From positions 318,328-382,327 of the forward strand of contig RHPI01002615.1 in assembly GCA_009103225.1 (NCBI GenBank): a stretch of DNA of 64,000 nucleotides, read 5' to 3'. This stretch comes from Chlorokybus atmophyticus (lineage: Eukaryota > Plantae > Mesostigma and Chlorokybus algae). Positions 1 through 11,416 of this stretch are shown in pieces. Under the pieces are notes generated by a model. The model saw nothing but the letters and a program-made list of their open reading frames with translations. It was not told the origin of the DNA and did not search any database. Position numbers and translations under genes: made by a program. How positions within the stretch are numbered: position 1 is the stretch's first letter; each line of letters opens with the position of its first letter.

Positions 1-310
1 AAGCACGTAGTTGAGGTCTTGGCTCTGTTCACTCTGTGACTTGACCCGGGAGATGAGGGAGAGGAGTGGGGTGATGTCGTCGGGGTGGAGGGGGTAGAAC
101 AGGAAGGCGGAGGGAGGGGAGAGGTGGCGACCAGCCACCACGCGGAGGAAGTGAGGGACATCTCTGGGGTGGGTGTTGGGGGTGTTGTGGGTGTTGGGGT
201 GTTTCTGGGTTGGGGAAGCTGCGGGGGTGCTGGAGTGGGGAGGTGTGACTAGTGGGCTCGCGCGGTAGTGCAGCCACTCTTTGTGTGACACAGCACAACA
301 GAACCACTCG

Positions 311-1595
311 TTAGCGATGTGCGTAGTGTGCATGGAGGTTGCTGATACAACCACGTACACGCTTGGTTATACCTGTGAAGTCGAGGGTGAGGGCGTCGTT
401 GGCGGTTAGGTCGTGTTGCATGGAGTCTATTGTTTGGTCTTGGTTGCTGATGATGGTCTGACCTGGTATTGGTGATTGCGTGTAACTGTGCGTACGCAAT
501 CAAACAGTGAGTCTGAGTTCAGATACTGATTAACATGTGCGTGCGTGCGTGCGTGCACACACATGTACGCACATAACACTTAAACTTACACGTGCATGCA
601 CACGCACAGCAAGCAAAACGTATACTGGTTGAAAATACTTGCGCGCGCACACACGTGCGTGTACGTGCGTGCGCGTTTGCGGACAGGCATCTGTGTATGC
701 ATGAGTGTGCCTGTGCCTGCATACACACCTTCTAGTGAGTGCCACGTACGCGTCCGACGAGTTCCGCGACGTCATGAAACTCTGTTCACTCTGCTGTTTG
801 CCTTCCCCACCACTCTCCTGGACACTCCCTTCACTCACCCTCCACATCAGTCCCCTCCTCGTGATATACATCGTTCCCGCACTCGTCGACGCCAACACGC
901 CCGCACGCTCGTCATCAACAACATCATGTTGGCTAGCCGCATCTCTCGCCGAATGCAACCTACCCACACCATCATCACGATGAAAACCACCCACATGCGC
1001 GCAACGGTCCGGCAGCGTGTCCACCTGAAGCTTCACGCCCGCCACACGCATGAGCACGCTGTCTGCATCAGTGTGGGTATGTGTGTGTGTGTTGTTGTTG
1101 GTGGTTGTATTCATGTTGGGTGCAACCGTGCTTCTCCTCCTCATAGTGGACCTCCTCCCCAAACTCATGAACAAGTTGTTGGCGTGCATGTTGGGGTTGT
1201 CGGATGAACTCTGCACGGGTGGAGAGGGCGGGAGTGGTGTTGGGTTGTCGATGGTTGTGACTATTGTTGTTGGGGAATAGGGTGTGGTGGGTGGCAATGT
1301 TGTTGGGGTGCTGGAGCGTGAGGGTGTGATCGACGTGCCCAACCAAGCGCGCAAAGCCTGAACGCTCGCGGCGGCATCGGACCAGGAGGAAGGCGCCCAA
1401 CCACATGTTAACACCTCCTCGGCCTCCTCCAACCTCGCCTAATGTTGTATCATGCAACCCGTAGTCAATGGGTTGACATCTTCTGTGCGTGTGCATACAC
1501 ACGTGCGCGCATGCGCGCACGTGTGTATGTGCGCACAAGTGTGCATCAGCTACCGTGCATGAGTTCGTGCGTGGGCATGCAGGAGTGCGAGGAGA

Positions 1596-1626
<31 letters not shown>

Positions 1627-2600
1627 TACAGTGTGCATGCATGCATGCTTGCAAGAACCAGATCCTCACACAACAAATTACAAGACAACAAGACTCTATT
1701 GTCCGCCACCCGTATCACCCACCCACTCACTTGGCATTCGACGGCCACATGTATCGCCGTCGGCGCTTCCGCTCTCATCCTCCACACCCTCGCAACCATC
1801 CCAATCTTGGCCACATCCTTCTCCACCTCATCATCCTTGCCTCCCTCGCGCCCGAGCAACATGGCCGCCCGTCTCACACCGCCGCTGTTGGCAGCTACAC
1901 GCCGACGCGCCACCCACGCCACCCAACAAGCAGCACCAACAGCACCAACATCACTACACAACTCACTAACAACAAGAGGGTCTATGTCACCCTCATCAGA
2001 CCCAACATCAGACCCAACATTGGACCCGACGTGTTGAACGTCGTCCTCGCTGTCTCTCTCCCACCATGTTTGGAGTGATGAGGGTGGGAGTGGTGGTGGT
2101 GAGGGTGTGCGTGGGTATGTGTATGTTGGTGTGCGTGACATGGAGCGAGGGGGGTAGAGAGAGGGTGAGGGCGTGTTGGTGCCTGTGGTTGGAGTGGAGG
2201 CACTTGCGTTGGAATATGAGCGGGGGATATGTGGCGCGTAGGATGTTGTTGGTAACGGTGTGGGTGAAGGTGATGGCGTTGTTAACGATCTGACATAAGA
2301 GTCGATATCAACAACTTCTGTTGGGGAAGTGGACTCTACCGCTGCATGATCTGTTGAGATGTACTCCTCCACATGTGGTGGTAGTTGTGCACCACGTGTG
2401 GATGTGGTGTGGGCTGCTTCTTGAGTGATGTGGCCATTGGTTTTCTCCTCGTCTCTTGTGTAGCCAACATGATCCGTCATTGTGTCTTCGCTTGTTTTAC
2501 TTGTGTCACTCGCCTCTGGTTTCTCACCCTGAGAATCCATTTTTGAATGCCACATAGTGAAGGCAGAAACTGATGAGATATCATGAAGTGAACACATCAT
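311..2600 (-). CDS. Multi-exon hypothetical protein, low complexity (Pro/Ser/Thr-rich), possibly with a PH/GRAM-like C-terminal part; 5' end uncertain
   Basis: Long ORFs 1626-2600 and 530-1432 join in frame across a GT-AG intron (VECQ|gtgagt...acattag|ARLEEAEEVL). Probable last exon 311-~500. The GTMYITRRGLMWR segment only loosely resembles GRAM/PH strands. Confidence 0.45.
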
Positions 2601-3110
2601 TCAACTTGCAAATATAACAACTGGCTGCTGCACACCTTGTTTCACAGTTGCACAACCAAACATGTATATAAAACAATATGAAACAGATATTAACCCTAAA
2701 ACTTGCACAATAACGTTGGTTGTTTTACTCTTTGAGAAGTTCAACATGTGCAAGTACCCACCTGTGTTTGTGCGCTGGTGTCACTAGGAGACGGAGCTTC
2801 AACCTCCCCCATGAGGATGCTGAGCTTGCGCCTAACGATGTCCGACGCCTCAGTCATGACAAAATCACAACTACCACAACCCTTACCACATCACCATCAC
2901 CACCACCGCCGCCGCCGCCGCCCTCACAGACACCCTCAGAGATGCCCTCAACAAGGTCACGTGACACCACCTACTGTTCACCGACAGCCGACACTGTGAG
3001 CAAGTAGTCAGTCGGTTGTCGATGCATGACCTTTAGGGTTGTTGGCGTCGTCGGCGTTGTGGGCGTTGTCGTTGCTGTGGGCGGCGGCGGTGGTGGCTGG
3101 ATTGGGCAGG

Positions 3111-4325
3111 ATGGCTGCGTTGCGTTTGAGCCTCGGTGGGGGGAGGAGAGGGGGTATTGGTTGGGATGACACAGAGGAGGGCGGCGTTGCGGAGCTGGAC
3201 CTGGCTAGGGTGTCGGCCCTGGCCCTGCCGCCCATCAGGCAGGGCCCCGCCGCCGCCAGGGAGCTGGACGCTTTCCAGGCTGGCGCCAAGGCCATGGTGC
3301 CTCACGCAAAGGGTACAACAACCCTAGCCTTCATCTTCAGCAAGGGCGTCATCGTCGCCGTCGACTCCCGCGCCTCTATGGGCAACTACATCTCGTCCCA
3401 GACCGTGAAGAAGGCAAGTTGATAGTTCAATAGCGGATGCATACCGGACTTTATTTTAGTGAGAACTACTGTTGTACGTGGTCCTACACTTTTGCAGCAT
3501 GCAAGTGTGTCATTGCTAATATTGCGCATGCTGAGCATGCGCAATATTAGCAATGAGTTGGAACAGCGTGTGTTATTTGCAACTCAACGCTCATTTGCTT
3601 GTACCTTCCGAGGCTTCTGCATGCTGGTTATCACATAATGTACAATACAATCCCAAGCACTCAACAGCACTGCACATACCAATATATGAATACTCGTAGC
3701 AAATAGCTGTTGGCATATATCGTAAAACTGTTATTTGTATCATAGTGTTGAAATTGTCTCTCTGGCCTTGACGTAGGTTCTTGAGATCAACAAGTACCTG
3801 CTTGGGACAATGGCTGGCGGTGCGGCCGATTGCCAGTTTTGGCAGCGCAACTTGACGGTGCAGTGCCGTATGCACGAGTTGACCGAAGGTCGTCGCATCA
3901 CCGTGTCTGCAGCATCAAAGCTCCTCGCCAACACGCTGTACTCGTATCGCGGGATGGGTCTATCGATGGGCACAATGATCGCGGGTTGGGACGTGAGCGG
4001 GCCGGGTTTGTATTACGTGGACTCGGAGGGCTCACGTGTTAAAGGACAGCGCTTCTCCGTGGGTTCGGGATCCACATATGCCTATGGTGTCCTTGACCAG
4101 GGCTTTTCGCACGACATGTCTCTTGAGGACGCCTGCGCGTTGGCACGCCGCGCCATCTACCACGCCACCTTTAGGGACGCCTTCTCCGGCGGGACCGTCA
4201 GCGTGTATCATGTTGGGCCTGATGGATGGACAAAGGTGTCTGGGCATGATGTTAACGAGCTGCATTACAGCTACTACCCTCCGGAGACGATGCCTGTACC
4301 GCCCTCGACCACTGTGTCCGCCTGA
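3111..4325 (+). CDS. PBE1: 20S proteasome subunit beta type-5 (2 exons: 3111-3413, 3777-4325; GC-AG intron)
   Basis: Propeptide followed by the catalytic HGTT-like site (AKGTTTLAF), then DSRAS, KK|[34 protein letters not shown] and [10 protein letters not shown], all hallmark PSMB5/PBE motifs. Confidence 0.97.
3510..3556. repeat. Perfect 23-bp inverted repeat with a 1-nt spacer in the PBE1 intron
   Basis: tcattgctaatattgcgcatgct-g-agcatgcgcaatattagcaatga. Confidence 0.95.
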
Positions 4326-6111
4326 GACAGCGGTTGCATTGTTGTTGTGTAAACAACTTGTACAGTGATTGCTGCAAGCTGTAGTTAGGTACCAACTGTT
4401 GGTGCGTGCGCAGCAATGTTTGAGCCCTTGTTTGTGCATGCTTGCAAAGGCTTGTACTGAGGTGCAGTGCTTGCAAAGCGGTACTGTCAACTCAACTACT
4501 GGTTATGTATGTGACTGCGACAAGCAACACCCACGAAGCACAAATGTGACGGCAGGGTGCAGGCAGATGTGGCAGTGTGGCGGGTGTGGTGTGAAGTGTG
4601 GCGCAACCGGATCTGCATTTATGGGAGCGATATGGGGTGTGCATGCGCTCAGGCTGGGCATGCTCTGTGTGTAGACATGGGCATGCAGCAGGACTGGACC
4701 ACAGGTGCATTTTGTAAAATATGACCAGGTGCGTGCAAACATGGCAATGCAAGTACAGCCAAGGCTCGTTTAGTTGCATTACAGTGCTGTTTGCAAGCCG
4801 CCTCACGGAACTTGGGACGTGCCAACAAGCATTAACGCTCTAAAGTGTATTGGTCTGCGTGTTTGCTTATTTGTCTATTATACCACGACTTGGCATAACT
4901 GAAAAAGGTGTCTCAAATAGCTAATGGACTCGCTAAGATCTACAAGATCCCAACTCTAAGGTCCAAGTTGTACAGTCAAAATGAGATATTGAAAAAAATC
5001 TAAACAACTGTCATACAATCAAGCTTAGGATGACCATCAATAGCATTGTGATACTGGTCTCCACGTTTGCTCCTCTATCTGGTAGACAACTTCTCCAAGC
5101 AACTTCTTTGACGGTGTATGTTCAATAACCAGGCTCACCGTATCAGTAAAGCAACAACTTACTCCGTTGACCTGCTGTCATCTGATTCACAGAGCAGCAT
5201 GCTTGCGCCAGAGAATCTGAGAAGACACACAAGGATATCAGCATAACTTAGACACGACTCTCAAGGCGCACCCCAGCCAGGCTAACGCTTCAGTAATTGC
5301 TCAACGCGCAAGACCGCAGAGCATACCTGCAGCCCAGCTGCTCTGCGTCTTCACTATAACTTGGCAGGCGTTGTTGAGCACTGGCAGCTTGCCCAACATG
5401 ATGATATCGGCAATCATCTTGCCTGCTCATCATGCACCTGCAGGAACCCTGCAGCGCACCACAATTGACTCCAGTCTGTCCGCTGTGCAGATGGCAGAGC
5501 ATGCAAAGGACAGTTGCACGTGTCACTCTGTGCATGCAGCAAGGTTATAACAGCTGCTGCAGCCACGACATATACTACGCCATAGCACAGAAAGGCTGCC
5601 ACGGTTGGCAGTCAACTGACAAAACCACAGTGCTAGTTTGCACGCAAAGTACACGAGTACATGTTGCAGCACCTGCACCATGCTACTTGACCTGGACAAA
5701 TGTTGACAAGCACCTGAATAGCTGGGTTGAGACGTGCTGACTTTGCATAGTACGTCCAGCAGCTGAGAAGAATAGCTGCTCAAGTGGGATGGCGGCCACA
5801 AGCCATGTTCCTGCATGCCCACAACAACTCCAAAGATATTGTCCCAAGAGCGTTGTGGCAGCTCAGCCGGCACTCGCTTTCCAAATGGGCCGTGATGCTA
5901 CATGTTCATACACCAAGCCGCACGCGTACGGATGACCACATCAGTTTAGTCGTCCATAACAGCAGCGTTGCCTCCTGTGTCATTGTCCGGCACAGATAAG
6001 CAGCATATGAGAAGGGCAAGCTGCCAACACAACAGCAACAATGATTGGTAACGGCTGTGTAGATGTCCGCGCTGACTGCGCTTACACTCAACAGCACCAG
6101 CATGCGTGCAG

Positions 6112-6165
6112 TAGCGTTGTGCATACAAAGCTGCCAACAACGGCAACTTTGTATGCACAACGCTA
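6112..6165. repeat. 24-bp inverted repeat (1 mismatch) with a 6-nt loop
   Basis: tagcgttgtgcatacaaagctgcc-aacaac-ggcaactttgtatgcacaacgcta. Confidence 0.92.
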
Positions 6166-6736
6166 ACCTAAATAGCGGTTTTGAATGTGCCCATGGAATG
6201 CCAAATTGCCGCATGCTTCAGCACAATGCAGTGGCATGTGCGTGTGCGCGCTTTGGAAGTGCAGTGCGCAGCTGATTTGATAATCTCATAAGCACAAGTT
6301 ATTAAACGGGAATGCTTAGCAGACAACAGATCTGTCTTGTGGTGACTGCCTTACTGCATGTTCAAGCCTAGACCAAAAGACATAACGATGCTTGCCTACT
6401 GCGTGCGTGCGTGCGTGCGTGCGTGTGACAATTCTGGGATGTGGTTGCCAATCCTTCGTTGTGCAGCACAACATCTTAACGATCAACAGCAGCAGCACCC
6501 TTGCTGAACCACTGCAGAGCATGCTCGTGGATGCTAACTCTACTGGGATGACGACAGCAATGCCCAACACACAAAATAGAGCTCACAGCTTACCTTAACC
6601 ACAGCGATGCGCGTGCCGCACACACACTGTTAAGTGACCCTCACCAGCAGGCAGCCAACTCCAACCCACGTTGCACCCGACCACCGCCACCGCCACCGCC
6701 ACCGCCACCGCCACCGCCATCGCCGCTGCTCACTGC

Positions 6737-6745
6737 TTAGGGTTT
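6737..6745 (-). promoter_or_regulatory. Telo-box (AAACCCTAA) in the region upstream of SmB
   Basis: TTAGGGTTT on the + strand, in a GC-rich region between SmB and a putative divergent transcript. Confidence 0.55.
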
Positions 6746-7025
6746 TGGCCTCAAACAACTTTGGCAGGCAATTTCCGCGCTAGCGAGCAGCAGTTAGCCG
6801 TGGCGGCGGGAGCGGCGGTGGAGGTGGTGGTGGCGTCGGCGTCGGCAGGGCTGTTGGGATATGTTGGGGCATGTTGAGAGGTGCTAGGCGCCTGCGTCAT
6901 ACATTGAAGCCGGTCCTGAGCAGTTGAGAAGACAGTTTTTTGCCAGGGCTGAGGGTTTTGCCTCCTCTTCTCCCTCCCCTCCCTCCCTCCCTCCCTTCTG
7001 GGTTTAGGCACTGCAGCCGGCCGCA

Positions 7026-8487
7026 ATGTCGGGCAAAGGCGCCAAGCTCCTGAGCTATATAAACTACCGCATGCGCGTGACCGTCAGGGATGGCCGTCAG
7101 GTATGTGGCTTCATGCCCCATGAGCATGCGCATGTGCCACTTGTCCGTAGCATGTCTCTCAAAAGCGACTGTCTCGGCTATCTTGCCTACCATGCTGAAT
7201 GGCCAACGCCGGATGTCGATTAACGTTATTTTGATCAATGAATTGTAGCCTCGTGACATTGTGTTGCGCATGCCTGTTGTGTTGGCTTCAACAGCTGGTG
7301 GGACGGTTTATGGCGTTCGATAAGCATATGAACCTTGTGTTGGGCGACTGCGATGAGTACCGCATGCTGCCGCCGTTGAAGAAGCAGCCTGGTGCGGCTG
7401 CAAATGACGTGCGAGAGCAGGTCCGTTTGTTATTTGTCTTGATTTTGCTGCCGAGCTGCTTGTTGTCTAGACATGCACGGTGAGTTGAGCACTTGGACGA
7501 TCTTGCAGAAGCGCGTGCTCGGCCTCGTCTTGCTTCGTGGAGAGGAGGTTGTCTCCATGACGGTTGAAGGACCGCCACCTCCGGATCCTTCACAAGCAAG
7601 GCCATCCGTGTTGCCGGGTGGGTGGGAATGTATTTGCTTGTTTGAGGTGATAGGATATGGTATGAGCGTCATATCATTTGCATGCGCTTACTGTTGCAGA
7701 TGTTGTTGTCATTGGTGCAGGTCCCGGTGTTGGGAGAGCGGCAGGCAGGGGTGTCCCGGTTCCGGCCCCAGGGCAGGCGCCGTCGGGTCTGGCGGGCCCA
7801 GTGCGCGGCGTGGGCGGTCCCAGCCCGGCCATGATGCAACCGCAGGGCATGCACCGCCCGCAGGTCCAAGCGCCTCCCATGCAATACCCCGCAGGCAGCG
7901 CTGCTGCGGGTGGGCCACCCATGATGAGGCCTCCAGGTACTTGCAGGGCTCGAGTTGAGAGCTCTCGTTTGTATGGCATTGCACTGCAGTTGCACGGTCA
8001 CGTAGCATTTCATCGGTTGCTGCTGTTTGGTTTCTGCGTTGAATGCAGTATGTGCAAACACTCAAGTTCATCAAGCAATTCCTTAAGCTATGTCATGTTG
8101 TTGCGCTTGTGTTTGGTAGTGGTTTGTGATGACAATTAATACCCCAATCACGCTGACAGTTCCTACCCCTTATTATGTGCAGGTATGATGCCGCCGCCAG
8201 GGCAGCCTGGGATGCAGAGACCCGGGATGCCGCCGCCAGGGATGGCTCCACCTCCAGGGTACAGGCCGGGCATGGGGCCGCCACCTGGCATGCCACCCCC
8301 GGGCATGCCTCCTCCAGGCTACAGGCCACCCCCACCAGGCATGCCGGGCGCCCCGCCGGGCATGCCCCCGCCCAACATGCGCCCTCCCCCAGGCGTCCCA
8401 CCCCCGGGGATGCGACCACCCAACATGGGTGCACCACCGCAGCAGCAGCCTCCCCCACCACGCCCGGGGATGCCCCCTCAACAGTAG
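7026..8487 (+). CDS. SmB: Small nuclear ribonucleoprotein SmB/B' (exons 7026-7100, 7295-7420, 7509-7617, 7721-7936, 8183-8487)
   Basis: Sm1/Sm2 motifs [35 protein letters not shown] and [21 protein letters not shown], then [11 protein letters not shown] and a PPGM-repeat tail. All splice sites are canonical and in frame. Confidence 0.96.
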
Positions 8488-9354
8488 ATAATGCCACCTT
8501 GACGCTGATTGAGTTATTTTGGTTCACTGCACGGTTGTGTTTGCTGTTGCTGACGGTTGGCTGTGCGTGCAACATGGATGTACAGGTGTGAGCATGGTGT
8601 GGTTTGTGAATGGGGTGATCACTGCATTTTTCTATGAGCATGCGTTAGTGTGACACTCAGCATGCGCAGCCAACACTGGACAACATTATGCATATTATGT
8701 ATATGTGCAAATATTCTGGAAGAAACTGCGTTTGTTGACAACCTTCTAAGTGACATAAACTGTTTAACCATGCACAACTGGTCAAAGGGCTACCAGCAAC
8801 TTGCGATCTGCGTCGTTTGTGGATGCGCAGCTCGCATGATGAACACTTCAGTATGCACATGGGGCGCAAGGTGTGGTTGCTTGCCAGTGCATCTGCTTGG
8901 ATGTACCTACACTACTGTGTCAGACATAGTATGCTACGTTAGTAGCATGCAAGATGTCAAGCGGTGGCATGCATGGCGTGGAGTACGCGGCGCATGCAAT
9001 CTTATGCCAACACTTCATCACACTAACTCACCACCGGGCTATTTCTAACGCTACCTAACACACCAACTCGCTACCCCGTTCGTCACACCAGCGTGCATGT
9101 GTAGGTGTCGTGTTATTGATGGCGCAATTTGCGCAATGTACAATATCAAAAGCATTCAACGCAAATTGACGCGCATGTACCGTTCATTGAACAGTGCATA
9201 TGCCCAGCACTTGCCAGCGCATGTTGCACGAGTGCCAATGGAATACTGGCGACTAATTCTGTGCATAGCAATATTGTGGTCCTAGATAACTGTACACAAT
9301 GTACAGACTACACAGCCCTACTACTTATCTACACGTACCGTTGGCCTCTAGCTG

Positions 9355-10441
9355 CTATTTCCCCTGTTTGGCTTGGCCTCTGGTGGGCTTAGGTGGCCGC
9401 CGAGAGCACTGTGCTCGAAAGGTAATCTCGCAATGGAAAGCGTCATCGTGGAAGCGCTGTTTGTCATCCCGGTGTCCTACCGATATCGTACTTATTGCAT
9501 CATGAATCTTCTGGAGCAGCGGCCACTGCAACAAGCATTGTGGAAGTGTAAGGTGCGTGTAACTATCCAACAGAAAGCGAACAGCCTCAGCAGCGGCATC
9601 AAACTTCTGCTGCAAAGATGCTAACGCGTTGAAGCGCTCGACTTGCAACTTGGTCACCCCTATGTCTACCGGGAGATCAACAGCGCCTTGCAGCAGCTCC
9701 AAAGACTTGATAAGCTTGGGCATGGCACCTGGTTTGCCAAATAATGCATCCCCTTTCAAGGACGTGATATGCGTGCGCATGTCGGCCAAGGCGTCCTTGC
9801 ACACTGCATGGTGCGTGTGCAGCTGCTGCAGCAGCTGGTCAGCGCGGACACCCTCCTGCCTGCGAAGCCAGCACACATGGGTCAGTCTCAGCTTCAAATG
9901 CGAAGCACTTTGAACATTGAACAGCAGCTGACTCGCAAAACACCTGTTCGCGGAAGACAAAGTATGTAACAGTTTCACACCTGTTTTCTTCTGATGTGAT
10001 CGGTCGCCCAGTCTGCAATCCCTTCTTCACCAGTTCCTTCACCACCAACGCTCGGAAAGTATGCAGGGCGCTTCGGTCTTGTCCAGATGGCTGTGTTGTG
10101 TTTACAGAGTGGTTAGTGCTGCTGTGCAGTATGAAGCAAATATGCAGCAGTCAATGCAGCGCGCATGCGTAGTTACTCACCCTGGGGATGTTAAACCAGT
10201 TTGCTGCCTCGTGTAATTCTTGGAGCTCCTTGTTTGAGAAAGCTACTGTCACTCGGTTTGAGCGGTAACGGAGCTGTCTCTCCTTGTTTGTCAACGGCTG
10301 TATGTTCGTGCCCTGCTTGGGTCGCCCGCGTTTCCTTACAACATCTGCGCTATCATGGTCTGCTTGGATGGACAACACCAGAGGCGTGTGGTCTGCGCCA
10401 TCATCATCAGCGCGTGCCGTCGCAGTGCCGGCTGCCAGCAT
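9355..10441 (-). CDS. Orphan multi-exon protein with AT-hook (RKRGRPK) and possible ribbon-helix-helix-like segment
   Basis: Exon 10441-10181 (donor gtgagt), a next exon PSGQDRS...VKELVKKGL...EENR and the long ORF ending at 9355 splice in frame. A telo-box and a spliced leader-like region lie upstream. Confidence 0.55.
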
Positions 10442-11092
10442 GTTTGGCCCTGCACACACAACTGCAATGTCAACAGCACATACTGCATTGCATCATAGCA
10501 ATGATTTAGTGTCTTCTACATCATACAAGGTCCAGACTGTTGTACATACAGGCCTTGCTTCGACCATCGATAATCCTAGGTGCAGAAGTGTCGTAATTGA
10601 TGGTAGGGCACAAAACTGCGAGCACCACCACCAATGTCCATTGCAAGTGCCCAACGAACAGACAGCGCAGTAGTTGCTGCAAGTCACAACAGCCCATACC
10701 ATGCCTGGTGAACGTACAGCAAGCAAACCTGTGAGGATGGCTCTTGGTACAAGCAGCGGAGCAGCTGTGCACAACCACAATGCAATATTTTTCACCCAAG
10801 ATATGCAAGCATGCCGCAAATCAGCGTTCAGACACATGCACATAACGTCGCACACACAAACAGGAAGGAAAGACGAGGCAGTGAAGCAAATCACGTGAGC
10901 TGAACGATGCTGGATAACCGCACTCTGCATTCAGGATGGGAAAGCAGACAAGCGCTTACTTGAAGAATGAAGAATAGTATAATGTGTGCACAGCCACGGA
11001 CGGCGCCGCAGCTACCCTCCTTCGCCCATGCCGCCCACGCCCACGCCCTCAGCGTCCTTCCTCCTGCTGCCGCCGCTGCACCCACTCAGAGG

Positions 11093-11101
11093 CTAGGGTT
11101 T
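11093..11101 (-). promoter_or_regulatory. Telo-box variant (AAACCCTAG) in the divergent region between the AT-hook gene and RNR1
   Basis: CTAGGGTTT on the + strand. A second variant, AAACCCCTAG, lies at 11221. Confidence 0.5.
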
Positions 11102-11416
11102 GAGCATCATTACCTCATGGCTGATAGATGCGAGCCGTCTACCGTCGATTCGGAGTAGAACTAAAAGTATCGCATCGTAAACCGTCGAAATGGGCAAGCT
11201 GTGGACGGCTGCGATATGGCAAACCCCTAGCTTGGCCCTAATGCATAGCATTGCGCGCAACTTGGAGGCGGCGAACACCGCGGCGGCGGCGGTGGTGGAG
11301 GCGGCGGTGCTGGCGGTGGTGTCGTTGTTGGGCTGAGGACTGGGGGGACGCGGTGACCGCGTTTGTCTGCTAAGCTGTGGCGGGCGGTTTGCCGCCCCCG
11401 GCGGCGGTTTGCCGCC

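Noticed and set aside
5415-5445. In-frame TGA TGA (PAGA**AGK) on the minus strand as tandem selenocysteines, or a 15-nt GT-AG micro-intron
   Set aside because: No selenoprotein motif or SECIS is evident, the surrounding CDS is not established, and 15-nt introns are implausible given the 37-600-nt introns seen elsewhere here.
5935-5995. Box C/D snoRNA candidate on the minus strand (AATGACA...CTGA)
   Set aside because: Box C deviates from RUGAUGA, the span is too short and there is no convincing terminal stem.
8185-8487. PPGM repeat ORF as a separate proline-rich gene
   Set aside because: It is the canonical C-terminal exon of SmB.
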